Source: Antedon mediterranea (lineage: Eukaryota > Animalia > Echinodermata). Taken from it: DNA of 64,000 bases. Shown piece by piece: positions 38,101-51,913 of the stretch (positions within the stretch are counted from its first letter, which is position 1; each line of letters opens with the position of its first letter). The stretch covers positions 21,067,175-21,131,174 of the forward strand of contig NC_092677.1 of NCBI RefSeq assembly GCF_964355755.1, read 5' to 3'. Made by a program: the position numbers and the translations under genes. Below the pieces are notes generated by a model, which was given only the letters and a program-made list of their open reading frames with translations, had not been told where the DNA came from and did not search any database.

Positions 38101-41100
38101 TTTCGAAAAAACTTGTTAACATAAAAACACCAAAGTGCTCAGAATCACTTCAAATCGCATTTTGAGACGTTTTAGACCATTTTGTGATTTTCGAAAAAAC
38201 AACATAAAAAACACCAAAGTGCTCAGAATACCTTCAAATCGCATTTGGAGACGTTTTAGACCATTTTGTGATTTTGGAAAAAACTTGTTAACATAAAAAC
38301 ACCAAAGTGCTCAGAATACCTTCAAATCGTATTTTGAGACGTTTTAGACAATTTTGTGATTTTCGAAAAAACTTGTTAACATAAAAACACCAAAGTGCTT
38401 AGAAAAGCTTCAAATCGCATTTGGAGACGTTTTAGACCATTTTGTGCATTTCGATGAAACTTGGTTACACAAAAACATCAAAGTGTACAGAATAGCTTCA
38501 AATCGCATTAGAAACCGTTTTAGACCATTTTGAGCATTTCGAAAAAACTTTTTCACACAAAACATCAAAGTGTACAAAATAGCTTCAAATCGCATTTTGA
38601 GACGTTTTAGACAATTTTGTGATTTTCGAAAAAACTTGTTTACATAAAAACACCAAAGTGCTCAGAATAGCTCCCAATCGCATTTGGAGACGTTTTAGAC
38701 CCTTTTGTGCATTTCGATGAAACTTGGTTACACAAAAACATCAAAGTGCTTAAAATCACAGTAGAAACCGTTTTAGACCATTTTGAGCATTTCGTTAAAA
38801 TTTTTCACAGAAAAACATCAAAGAGCAAAAAATAGCTTAATATCGTATTTAAAAACGTTTTAGACCATTTTGAGCATTTCGACAAAACTTTTTCACACAA
38901 AACATCAAAGTGTACAGATAAGCTTCAAATCGCATTTGGAGACGTTTTAAACCATTTTGAGCATTTCGATAAAATTTTACACACAAAAACATCAAAGTGC
39001 ACAAAATAGCTTAATATGGTATTTAAAAACGTTTTAGACAATTTTGAGCATTTCAACAAAACTTTTTCTCACAAAACATCAAAGTGTACAGAATAGCTTC
39101 AAATCGCATTTGGAGACGTTTTAGACCATTTTGTGCATTTCGATGAAACTTGGTTACACAAAAACATCAAAGTGCTTAAAATCACATTTTGAGCATTTCG
39201 TTAAAACTTTTCACACAAAAACATCAAAGTCCACAAAATAGCTTAATATCGTATTTAAAAACGTTTTAGACCATTTTGAGCATTTCGAAAAAACTTTTTC
39301 ACACAAAACATCAAAGTTTACAAAATAGCTTCAAATCGCATTTGGAGACGTTTTAGACCATTTTGTGATTTTCGAAAAAACTTGTTAACATAAAAACACC
39401 AAAGTGCTCAGAATACCTTCAAATCGCATTTGGAGACGTTTTAGACCATTTTGTGATTTTCGAAAAAACTTGTTAACATAAAAACACCAAAGTGCTTAGA
39501 AAAGCTTTAAATCGCATTTGGAGACGTTTTAGACCATTTTGTGCATTTCGATGAAACTTGGTTACACAAAAACATCAAAGTGCTTAAAATCACATTTTGA
39601 GCATTTCGTTAAAACTTTTCACACAAAAACATCAAAGTCCACAAAATAGCTTAATATCGTATTTAAAAACGTTTTAGACCATTTTGAGCATTTCGAAAAA
39701 ACTTTTCCACACAAAACATCAAAGTTTACAAAATAGCTTCAAATCGCATTTGGAGACGTTTTAGACCATTTTGTGATTTTCGAAAAAACTTGTTAACATA
39801 AAAACACCAAAGTGCTCAGAATACCTTCAAATCGTGTTTTGAGACGTTTTAGACCATTTTGTAATTTTCGAAAAAACTTGTTAACATAAAAACACCAAAG
39901 TGCTCAGAATACCTTCACATCGCATTTTGAGACGTTTTAGACCATTTTGTGATTTTCGAAAAAACTTGTTAACATAAAAACACCAAAGTGCTTAGAAAAG
40001 CTTGAAATCGCATTTGGAGACGTTTTAGACCATTTTGTGCATTTCGATGAAACTTGGTTACACAAAAACATCAAAGTGCTTAAAATCACATTTTGAGCAT
40101 TTCGTTAAAACTTTTCACACAAAAACATCAAAGAGTAATAAATAGCTTAATATCGTATTTAAAACGTTTTAGACCATTTTGAGCATTTCGACAAAATTTT
40201 TTCAAACAAAACATCAAAGTGTACAGAATAGCTTTAAATCGCATTTGGAGACGTTTTAGACCATTTTGTTCATTTCGATGAAACAAAAACACAAAAACAT
40301 CAAATTGCACAAAATGGCTTAATATGATATGGGAAAACGTTTTAGACCATTTTGAACATTTCGTTAAAAGTTTTCACACAAAAACATCAAAGTCCACAAA
40401 ATAGCTTAATATCGTATTCAAAAACGTTTTAGACCATTTTGAGCATTTCGAAAAAACTTTTTCACACAAAACATCAAAGTTTACAAAATAGCTTCAAATC
40501 GCATTTGGAGACGTTTTAGACCATTTTGTGATTTTCGAAAAAACTTGTTAACATAAAAACACCAAAGTGCTCAGAATACCTTCAAATCGCATTTTGAGAC
40601 GTTTTAGACCATTTTGTGATTTTCGAAAAAACTTGTTAACATAAAAACACCAAAGTGCTCAGAATACCTTCAAATCGCATTTGGAGACGTTTTAGACCAT
40701 TTTGTGATTTTCGTAAAAACTTGTTAACATAAAAACACCAAAGTGCTCAGAATACCTTCAAATCGCATTTTGAGACGTTTTAGACTATTTTGTGATTTTC
40801 GGAAAAACTTGTTAACATAAAAACACCAAAGTGCTTAGAAAAGCTTCAAATCGCATTTGGAGACGTTTTAGACCATTTTGTGATTTTCGAAAAAACTTGT
40901 TTACATAAAAACACCAAAGTGCTAAGAATAGCTTCCAATCGCATTTGGAGACGTTTTAGACCCTTTTGTGCATTTCGATGAAACTTGGTTACACAAAAAC
41001 ATCAAAGTGCTTAAAATCACATTAGAAACCGTTTTAGACCATTTTGAGCATTTCGTTAAAATTTTTCACAGAAAAACATCAAAGAGCAAAAAATAGCTTA

Positions 41101-44100
41101 ATATCGTATTTAAAAACGTTTTAGACCATTTTGAGCATTTCGACAAAACTTTTTCACACAAAACATCAAAGTGTACAGAATAGCTTAATATCGCATTTGG
41201 AGACGTTTTAACCCATTTTGAGCATTTCGATAAAATTTTACACACAAAAACATCAAAGTGCACAAATTAGCTTAATATAGTATTTAAAAACGTTTTAGAA
41301 CATTTTGAGCATTTCAACAAAACTTTTTCTCACAAAGCATCAAAGTGTACAGAATAGCTTCAAATCGCATTTGGAGACGTTTTAGACCATTTTGTGCATT
41401 TCGATGAAACTTGGTTACACAAAAACATCAAAGTGCTTAAAATCACATTTTGAGCATTTCGTTAAAACTTTTCACACAAAAACATCAAAGAGTAAAAAAT
41501 AGCTTAATATCGTATTTAAAAACGTTTTAGACCATTTTGAGCATTTCGACAAAATTTTTTCACACAAAACATCAAAGTTTACAAAATAGCTTCAAATCGC
41601 ATTTGGAGACGTTTTAGACCATTTTGTGATTTTCGAAAAAACTTGTTAACATAAAAACACCAAAGTGCTCAGAATACCTTCAAATCGTATTTTGAGACGT
41701 TTTAGACAATTTTGTGATTTTCGAAAAAACTTGTTAACATAAAAACACCAAAGTGCTTAGAAAAGCTTCAAATCGCATTTGGAGACGTTTTAGACCATTT
41801 TGTGCATTTCGATGAAACTTGGTTACACAAAAACATCAAAGTGCTTAAAATCACATTTGAGCATTTCGTTAAAACTTTTCACACAAAAACATCAAAGAGC
41901 AAAAAATAGCTTAATATCGTATTTAAAAACGTTTTAGACCATTTTGAGCATTTCGACAAAACTTTTTCACACAAAACATCAAAGTTTACAAAATAGCTTC
42001 AAATCGCATTTGGAGACGTTTTAGACAATTTTGTGATTTTCGAAAAAACTTGTTTACATAAAAACACCAAAGTGCTAAGAATAGCTTCCAATCGCATTTG
42101 GAGACGTTTTAGACCCTTTTGTGCATTTCGAAAAAACTTGTTAACATAAAAACACCAAAGTGCTTAGAAAAGCTTGAAATCGCATTTGGAGACGTTTTAG
42201 ACCATTTTGTGCATTTCGATGAAACTTGGTTAAAGTGCTTAAAATCACATTTTGAGCATTTCGTTAAAACTTTTCACACAAAAACATCAAAGAGTAAAAA
42301 ATAGCTTAATATCGTATTTAAAAACGTTTTAGACCATTTTGAGCATTTCGACAAAATTTTTTCACACAAAACATCAAAGTGTACAGAATAGCTTTAAATC
42401 GCATTTGGAGACGTTTTAGACCATTTTGTTCATTTCGATGAAACAAAAACACAAAAACATCAAATTGCACAAAATGGCTTAATATGATATGGGAAAACGT
42501 TTTAGACCATTTTGAACATTTCGTTAAAAGTTTTCACAAAAAAACATCAAAGTCCACAAAATAGCTTAATATCGTATTTAAAAACGTTTTAGACCATTTT
42601 GAGCATTTCGAAAAAACTTTTTCACACAAAACATCAAAGTTTACAAAATAGCTTCAAATCGCATTTGGAGACGTTTTAGACCATTTTGTGATTTTCGAAA
42701 AAACTTGTTAACATAAAAACACCAAAGTGCTCAGAATACCTTCAAATCGCATTTGGAGACGTTTTAGACCATTTTGTGATTTTCGAAAAAACTTGTTAAC
42801 ATAAAAACACCAAAGTGCTTAGAAAAGCTTTAAATCGCATTTGGAGACGTTTTAGACCATTTTGTGCATTTCGATGAAACTTGGTTACACAAAAACATCA
42901 AAGTGCTTAAAATCACATTTTGAGCATTTCGTTAAAACTTTTCACACAAAAACATCAAAGTCCACAAAATAGCTTAATATCGTATTTAAAAACGTTTTAG
43001 ACCATTTTGAGCATTTCGAAAAAACTTTTCCACACAAAACATCAAAGTTTACAAAATAGCTTCAAATCGCATTTGGAGACGTTTTAGACCATTTTGTGAT
43101 TTTCGAAAAAACTTGTTAACATAAAAACACCAAAGTGCTCAGAATACCTTCAAATCGTGTTTTGAGACGTTTTAGACCATTTTGTAATTTTCGAAAAAAC
43201 TTGTTAACATAAAAACACCAAAGTGCTCAGAATACCTTCACATCGCATTTTGAGACGTTTTAGACCATTTTGTGATTTTCGAAAAAACTTGTTAACATAA
43301 AAACACCAAAGTGCTTAGAAAAGCTTGAAATCGCATTTGGAGACGTTTTAGACCATTTTGTGCATTTCGATGAAACTTGGTTACACAAAAACATCAAAGT
43401 GCTTAAAATCACATTTTGAGCATTTCGTTAAAACTTTTCACACAAAAATATCAAAGAGTAATAAATAGCTTAATATCGTATTTAAAAACGTTTTAGACCA
43501 TTTTGAGCATTTCGACAAAATTTTTTCAAACAAAACATCAAAGTGTACAGAATAGCTTTAAATCGCATTTGGAGACGTTTTAGACCATTTTGTTCATTTC
43601 GATGAAACAAAAACACAAAAACATCAAATTGCACAAAATGGCTTAATATGATATGGGAAAACGTTTTAGACCATTTTGAACATTTCGTTAAAAGTTTTCA
43701 CACAAAAACATCAAAGTCCACAAAATAGCTTAATATCGTATTCAAAAACGTTTTAGACCATTTTGAGCATTTCGAAAAAACTTTTTCACACAAAACATCA
43801 AAGTTTACAAAATAGCTTCAAATCGCATTTGGAGACGTTTTAGACCATTTTGTGATTTTCGAAAAAACTTGTTAACATAAAAACACCAAAGTGCTCAGAA
43901 TACCTTCAAATCGCATTTTGAGACGTTTTAGACCATTTTGTGATTTTCGAAAAAACTTGTTAACATAAAAACACCAAAGTGCTCAGAATACCTTCAAATC
44001 GCATTTGGAGACGTTTTAGACCATTTTGTGATTTTCGTAAAAACTTGTTAACATAAAAACACCAAAGTGCTCAGAATACCTTCAAATCGCATTTTGAGAC

Positions 44101-47100
44101 GTTTTAGACTATTTTGTGATTTTCGGAAAAACTTGTTAACATAAAAACACCAAAGTGCTTAGAAAAGCTTCAAATCGCATTTGGAGACGTTTTAGACCAT
44201 TTTGTGATTTTCGAAAAAACTTGTTTACATAAAAACACCAAAGTGCTAAGAATAGCTTCCAATCGCATTTGGAGACGTTTTAGACCCTTTTGTGCATTTC
44301 GATGAAACTTGGTTACACAAAAACATCAAAGTGCTTAAAATCACATTAGAAACCGTTTTAGACCATTTTGAGCATTTCGTTAAAATTTTTCACAGAAAAA
44401 CATCAAAGAGCAAAAAATAGCTTAATATCGTATTTAAAAACGTTTTAGACCATTTTGAGCATTTCGACAAAACTTTTTCACACAAAACATCAAAGTGTAC
44501 AGAATAGCTTAATATCGCATTTGGAGACGTTTTAACCCATTTTGAGCATTTCGATAAAATTTTACACACAAAAACATCAAAGTGCACAAATTAGCTTAAT
44601 ATAGTATTTAAAAACGTTTTAGAACATTTTGAGCATTTCAACAAAACTTTTTCTCACAAAGCATCAAAGTGTACAGAATAGCTTCAAATCGCATTTGGAG
44701 ACGTTTTAGACCATTTTGTGCATTTCGATGAAACTTGGTTACACAAAAACATCAAAGTGCTTAAAATCACATTTTGAGCATTTCGTTAAAACTTTTCACA
44801 CAAAAACATCAAAGAGTAAAAAATAGCTTAATATCGTATTTAAAAACGTTTTAGACCATTTTGAGCATTTCGACAAAATTTTTTCACACAAAACATCAAA
44901 GTTTACAAAATAGCTTCAAATCGCATTTGGAGACGTTTTAGACCATTTTGTGATTTTCGAAAAAACTTGTTAACATAAAAACACCAAAGTGCTCAGAATA
45001 CCTTCAAATCGTATTTTGAGACGTTTTAGACAATTTTGTGATTTTCGAAAAAACTTGTTAACATAAAAACACCAAAGTGCTTAGAAAAGCTTCAAATCGC
45101 ATTTGGAGACGTTTTAGACCATTTTGTGCATTTCGATGAAACTTGGTTACACAAAAACATCAAAGTGCTTAAAATCACATTTTGAGCATTTCGTTAAAAC
45201 TTTTCACACAAAAACATCAAAGAGCAAAAAATAGCTTAATATCGTATTTAAAAACGTTTTAGACCATTTTGAGCATTTCGACAAAACTTTTTCACACAAA
45301 ACATCAAAGTTTACAAAATAGCTTCAAATCGCATTTGGAGACGTTTTAGACAATTTTGTGATTTTCGAAAAAACTTGTTTACATAAAAACACCAAAGTGC
45401 TAAGAATAGCTTCCAATCGCATTTGGAGACGTTTTAGACCCTTTTGTGCATTTCGAAAAAACTTGTTAACATAAAAACACCAAAGTGCTTAGAAAAGCTT
45501 GAAATCGCATTTGGAGACGTTTTAGACCATTTTGTGCATTTCGATGAAACTTGGTTAAAGTGCTTAAAATCACATTTTGAGCATTTCGTTAAAACTTTTC
45601 ACACAAAAACATCAAAGAGTAAAAAATAGCTTAATATCGTGTTTAAAAACGTTTTAGACCATTTTGAGCATTTCGACAAAATTTTTTCACACAAAACATC
45701 AAAGTGTACAGAATAGCTTTAAATCGCATTTGGAGACGTTTTAGACCATTTTGTTCATTTCGATGAAACAAAAACACAAAAACATCAAATTGCACAAAAT
45801 GGCTTAATATGATATGGGAAAACGTTTTAGACCATTTTGAACATTTCGTTAAAAGTTTTCACAAAAAAACATCAAAGTCCACAAAATAGCTTAATATCGT
45901 ATTTAAAAACGTTTTAGACCATTTTGAGCATTTCGAAAAAACTTTTTCACACAAAACATCAAAGTTTACAAAATAGCTTCAAATCGCATTTGGAGACGTT
46001 TTAGACCATTTTGTGCATTTCGATGAAACTTGGTTACACAAAAACATCAAAGTGCTTAAAATCACATTTTGAGCATTTCGTTAAAACTTTTCACACAAAA
46101 ACATCAAAGAGCAAAAAATAGCTTAATATCGTATTTAAAAACGTTTTAGACCATTTTGAGCATTTCGACAAAACTTTTTCACACAAAACATCAAAGTTTA
46201 CAAAATAGCTTCAAATCGCATTTGGAGACGTTTTAGACAATTTTGTGATTTTCGAAAAAACTTGTTTACATAAAAACACCAAAGTGCTAAGAATAGCTTC
46301 CAATCGCATTTGGAGACGTTTTAGACCCTTTTGTGCATTTCGAAAAAACTTGTTAACATAAAAACACCAAAGTGCTTAGAAAAGCTTGAAATCGCATTTG
46401 GAGACGTTTTAGACCATTTTGTGCATTTCGATGAAACTTGGTTAAAGTGCTTAAAATCACATTTTGAGCATTTCGTTAAAACTTTTCACACAAAAACATC
46501 AAAGAGTAAAAAATAGCTTAATATCGTATTTAAAAACGTTTTAGACCATTTTGAGCATTTTGACAAAATTTTTTCACACAAAACATCAAAGTGTACAGAA
46601 TAGCTTTAAATCGCATTTGGAGACGTTTTAGACCATTTTGTTCATTTCGATGAAACAAAAACACAAAAACATCAAATTGCACAAAATGGCTTAATATGAT
46701 ATGGGAAAACGTTTTAGACCATTTTGAACATTTCGTTAAAAGTTTTCACAAAAAAACATCAAAGTCCACAAAATAGCTTAATATCGTATTTAAAAACGTT
46801 TTAGACCATTTTGAGCATTTCGAAAAAACTTTTTCACACAAAACATCAAAGTTTACAAAATAGCTTCAAATCGCATTTGGAGACGTTTTAGACCATTTTG
46901 TGATTTTCGAAAAAACTTGTTAACATAAAAACACCAAAGTGCTCAGAATACATTCAAATCGCATTTTGAGACGTTTTAGACCATTTTGTGATTTTCGAAA
47001 AAACTTGTTAACATAAAAACACCAAAGTGCTCAGAATACCTTCAAATCGTGTTTTGAGACGTTTTAGACCATTTTGTGATTTTGGAAAAACTTGTTAACA

Positions 47101-50100
47101 TAAAAACACCAAAGTGCTCAGAATACCTTCAAATCGCATTTGGAGACGTTTTAGACCATTTTGTGATTTTCGAAAAAACTTGTTAACATAAAAACACCAA
47201 AGTGCTCAGAAAAGCTTCAAATCGCAATTGGAGACGTTTTAAACCATTTTGTTCATTTCGATGAAACTTGGTTACACAAAAACATCAAATTGCACAAAAT
47301 GGCTTAATATGGTATGGGAAAACGTTTTAGACCATTTTGAACATTTCGAGAAAACTTTTTCACACAAAACTTCAAAGTGTACAGAATAGCTTCAAATCGC
47401 ATTAGAAACCGTTTTAGACCATTTTGAGCATTTCGAAAAACTTTTTCACACAAAACATCAAAGTTTACAAAATAGCTTCAAATCGCATTTGGAGACGTTT
47501 TAGACCATTTTGTGATTTTCGAAAAAACTTGTTAACATAAAAACACCAAAGTGCTCAGAATACCTTCAAATCGCATTTTGAGACGTTTTAGACCATTTTG
47601 TGATTTTCGAAAAATCTTGTTAACATAAAAATACCAAAGTGCTCAGAATACCTTCAAATCGTGTTTTGAGACGTTTTAGACCATTTTGTGATTTTCGAAA
47701 AAACTTGTTAACATAAAAACACCAAAGTGCTCAGAATACCTTCAAATCGCATTTGGAGACGTTTTAGACCATTTTGTGATTTTCGAAAAAACTTGTTAAC
47801 ATAAAAACACCAAAGTGCTCAGAAAAGCTTCAAATCGCATTTGGAGACGTATTAAACCATTTTGTTCATTTCGATGAAACTTGGTTACACAAAAACATCA
47901 AAGAGCACAAAAGTATTTAAAAACGTTTTAGACCATTTTGAGCATTCCGACAAAACTTTTTCACACAAAACATCAAAGTGTACAGAATAGCTTTAAATCG
48001 CATTTGGAGACGTTTTAGACCATTTTGTAGTTTTCGAAAAAACTTGTTAACATAAAAACACAAAAGAGCTTCAAATCGCATTTGGAGACGTTTTAGACCC
48101 TTTTGTGCATTTCGATGAAACTTGGTTACACAAAAACATCAAAGTGCTTAAAATCACATTAGAAAAAGTTTTAGACCATTTTGAGCATTTCGTTAAAACT
48201 TTTCACACAAAAACATCAAAGTCCACAAAATAGCTTAATATCGTATTCAAAAACGTTTTAGACCATTTTGAGCATTTCGAAAAAACTTTTTCACACAAAA
48301 CATCAAAGTTTACAAAATAGCTTCAAATCGCATTTGGAGACGTTTTAGACCATTTTGTGATTTTCGAAAAAACTTGTTAACATAAAAACACCAAAGTGCT
48401 CAGAATACCTTCAAATCGCATTTTGAGACGTTTTAGACCATTTTGTGATTTTCGAAAAAACAACATAAAAACACCAAAGTGCTCAGAATACCTTTAAATC
48501 GCATTGGGAGACGTTTTAGACCATTTTGTGATTTTGGAAAAAACTTGTTAACATAAAAACACCAAAGTGCTCAGAATACCTTCAAATCGTATTTTGAGAC
48601 GTTTTAGACAATTTTGTGATTTTCGAATAAACTTGTTAACATAAAAACACCAAAGTGCTTAGAAAAGCATCAAATCGCATTTGGAGACGTTTTAGACAAT
48701 TTTGTGCATTTCGATGAAACTTGGTTACACAAAAACATCAAAGTGTACAGAATAGCTTCAAATCGCATTAGAAACCGTTTTAGACCATTTTGAGCATTTC
48801 GAAAAAACTTTTTCACACAAAACATCAAAGTGTACAAAATAGCTTCAAATCGCATTTGGAGACGTTTTAGACAATTTTGTGATTTTCGAAAAAACTTGTT
48901 TACATAAAAACACCAAAGTGCTAAGAATAGCTTCCAATCGCATTTGGAGACGTTTTAGACCCTTTTGTGCATTTCGATGAAACTTGGTTACACAAAAACA
49001 TCAAAGTGCTTAAAATCACATTAGAAACCGTTTTAGACCATTTTGAGCATTTCGTTAAAATTTTTCACAGAAAAACATCAAAGAGCAAAAAATAGCTTAA
49101 TATCGTATTTAAAAACGTTTTAGACCATTTTGAGCATTTCGACAAAACTTTTTCACACAAAACATCAAAGTGTACAGAATAGCTTAATATCGCATTTGGA
49201 GACGTTTTAACCCATTTTGAGCATTTCGATAAAATTTTACACACAAAAACATCAAAGTGCACAAAATAGCTTAATATGGTATTTAAAAACGTTTTAGAAC
49301 ATTTTGAGCATTTCAACAAAACTTTTTCTCACAAAACATCAAAGTGTACAGAATAGCTTCAAATCGCATTTGGAGACGTTTTAGACCATTTTGTGCATTT
49401 CGATGAAACTTGGTTACACAAAAACATCAAAGTGCTTAAAATCACATTTTGAGCATTTCGTTAAAACTTTTCACACAAAAACATCAAAGAGTAAAAAATA
49501 GCTTAATATCGTATTTAAAAACGTTTTAGACCATTTTGAGCATTTCGACAAAATTTTTTCACACAAAACATCAAAGTGTACAGAATAGCTTTAAATCGCA
49601 TTTGGAGACGTTTTAGACCATTTTGTTAATTTCGATGAAACAAAAACACAAAAACATCAAATTGCACAAAATGGCTTAATATGATATGGGAAAACGTTTT
49701 AGACCATTTTGAACATTTCGTTAAAAGTTTTCACACAAAAACATCAAAGTCCACAAAATAGCTTAATATCGTATTTAAAAACGTTTTAGACCATTTTGAG
49801 CATTTCGAAAAAACTTTTTCACACAAAACATCAAAGTTTACAAAATAGCTTCAAATCGCATTTGGAGACGTTTTAGACCATATTGTGATTTTCGAAAAAA
49901 CTTGTTAACATAAAAACACCAAAGTGCTCAGAATACCTTCAAATCGCATTTTGAGACGTTTTAGACCATTTTGTGATTTTCGAAAAAACTTATTTACATA
50001 AAAACACCAAAGTGCTTAGAAAAGCTTCAAATAGCATTTGGAGACGTTTTAAACCATTTTGTTCATTTCGATGAAACTTGGTTACACAAAAACATCAAAG

Positions 50101-50872
50101 TGCACAAAAGTATTTAAAAACGTTTTAGACCATTTTGAGCATTCCGTCAAAACTTTTTCACACAAAACATCAAAGTGTACAGAATAGCTTTAAATCGCAT
50201 TTGGAGACGTTTTAGACCATTTTGTATTTTTCGAAAAAACTTGTTAACATAAAAACACAAAAGAGCTTCAAATCGCATTTGGAGACGTTTTAGACCCTTT
50301 TGTGCATTTCGATGAAACTTGGTTACACAAAAACATCAAAGTGCTTAAAATCACATTAGAAACCGTTTTAGACCATTTTGAGCATTTCGTTAAAACTTTT
50401 CACACAAAAACATCAAAGTCCACAAAATAGCTTAATATCGTATTTAAAAACGTTTTAGACCATTTTGAGCATTTCGAAAAAACTTTTTCACACAAAACAT
50501 CAAAGTTTACAAAATAGCTTCAAATCGCATTTGGAGACGTTTTAGACCATTTTGTGATTTTCGAAAAAACTTGTTAACATAAAAACACCAAAGTGCTCAG
50601 AAAAGCTTCAAATCGCATTTGGAGACGTTTTAAACCATTTTGTTCATTTCGATGAAACTTGGTTACACAAAAACATCAAAGAGCACAAAAGTATTTAAAA
50701 ACGTTTTAGACCATTTTGAGCATTCCGACAAAACTTTTTCACACAAAACATCAAAGTGTACAGAATAGCTTTAAATCGCATTTGGAGACGTTTTAACCCA
50801 TTTTGAGCATTTCGATAAAATTTTACACACAAAAACATCAAAGTGCACAAAATAGCTTAATATGGTATTTAA
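35103..50872. repeat. Satellite array, subfamily B, including a ~3.3 kb tandem duplication
   Basis: Continuous monomers; identical spurious ORFs recur at 3324-3325 bp offset (41066/44390, 42119/45444). Confidence 0.97.
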
Positions 50873-51913
50873 CACTTTGACTGCCAAACACGAAGATCTT
50901 CGTTTTTGGAAACACAACGCTTGACTGCCAAAAACGAAGATCTTCGTTTTTCGCGTTAATTAGGTAGATAGGTTAATTATTGGTATATACTATAAATATG
51001 AACACTATATTCGGTCTGGACCGTCAATATTTTACAATTTGAAAGTAACTAATCTGGTTACGAACGACTGTCAAAATGGTACCTGTCGAAATAACAAACA
51101 CCGCGCATCACAGTAGCGCGTAGAGCGATGGCTTGGCGCATTGTGTATCGGTCGCGCGCTAGCTATGCCGCCGAAGCATTACAAAGGTTTTTGTGGATTG
51201 ACATGTTTGTTTGTTATCTGAATAAAAAATAATGGAGTCATTTTCAATATGAAGTCTTTAATTTTATTATTGTATGTATACCCTAATTGTTTTGGTGTTT
51301 TACTGAAAGTGACCGAGTTTCACGCAACAAACTTGTTTTGAAATGGTATGGTTATTATCATCAGTTTACTATCTCCTAGGCCTAGGCTAGTAGTACTAGG
51401 CTAGCCTAGCCCTAGTCGTAAAACGGTTCCGGACCAACTTTAGGCCTGGTTAACTAGGCCTGGTGTCTTTACTATGTGGATTTTGGCGAAACATTGATGT
51501 AAGATTTATGATTTATAAAATGTAATACATTTTTCGATAGTGATAACTTGTTTATATAGGCCTATCGGTGCCGTGTAAGTAACTTTTTCGTTGTTTGTTG
51601 ATCTCACCGGGCGATATTTTCATATTGTGATGTCTTACACAAAATCGCGATTATCTCGACTTTCTTGCGCGAAACTACGAAAAATTCAAAAAGTGGGTTA
51701 CTTTCATTTTACTATTACGATTCACATATTGCGATTTAAAAATCGTTCTTGGTACCATTGTAAAGCTAAAATCTTTATGATTATTTTAGTCTAAATTACA
51801 TATAAATCAGATCACATACATGGTTTCAATCAGCTTTAATAAAAACATCGAATTGGGCTAAAAACGATGGCGGTGGCAGTTTCTAACTGGAAAAACCTCT
51901 GGCAGTCAAAGTG
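50873..51913. mobile_element. piggyBac-type TTAA MITE (1041 bp)
   Basis: TTAA TSD at 50869-50872 and 51914-51917. Perfect 14 bp TIRs CACTTTGACTGCCA / TGGCAGTCAAAGTG. The empty site TATGGTATTTAAAAACG is common in the array. No transposase ORF. Confidence 0.88.
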
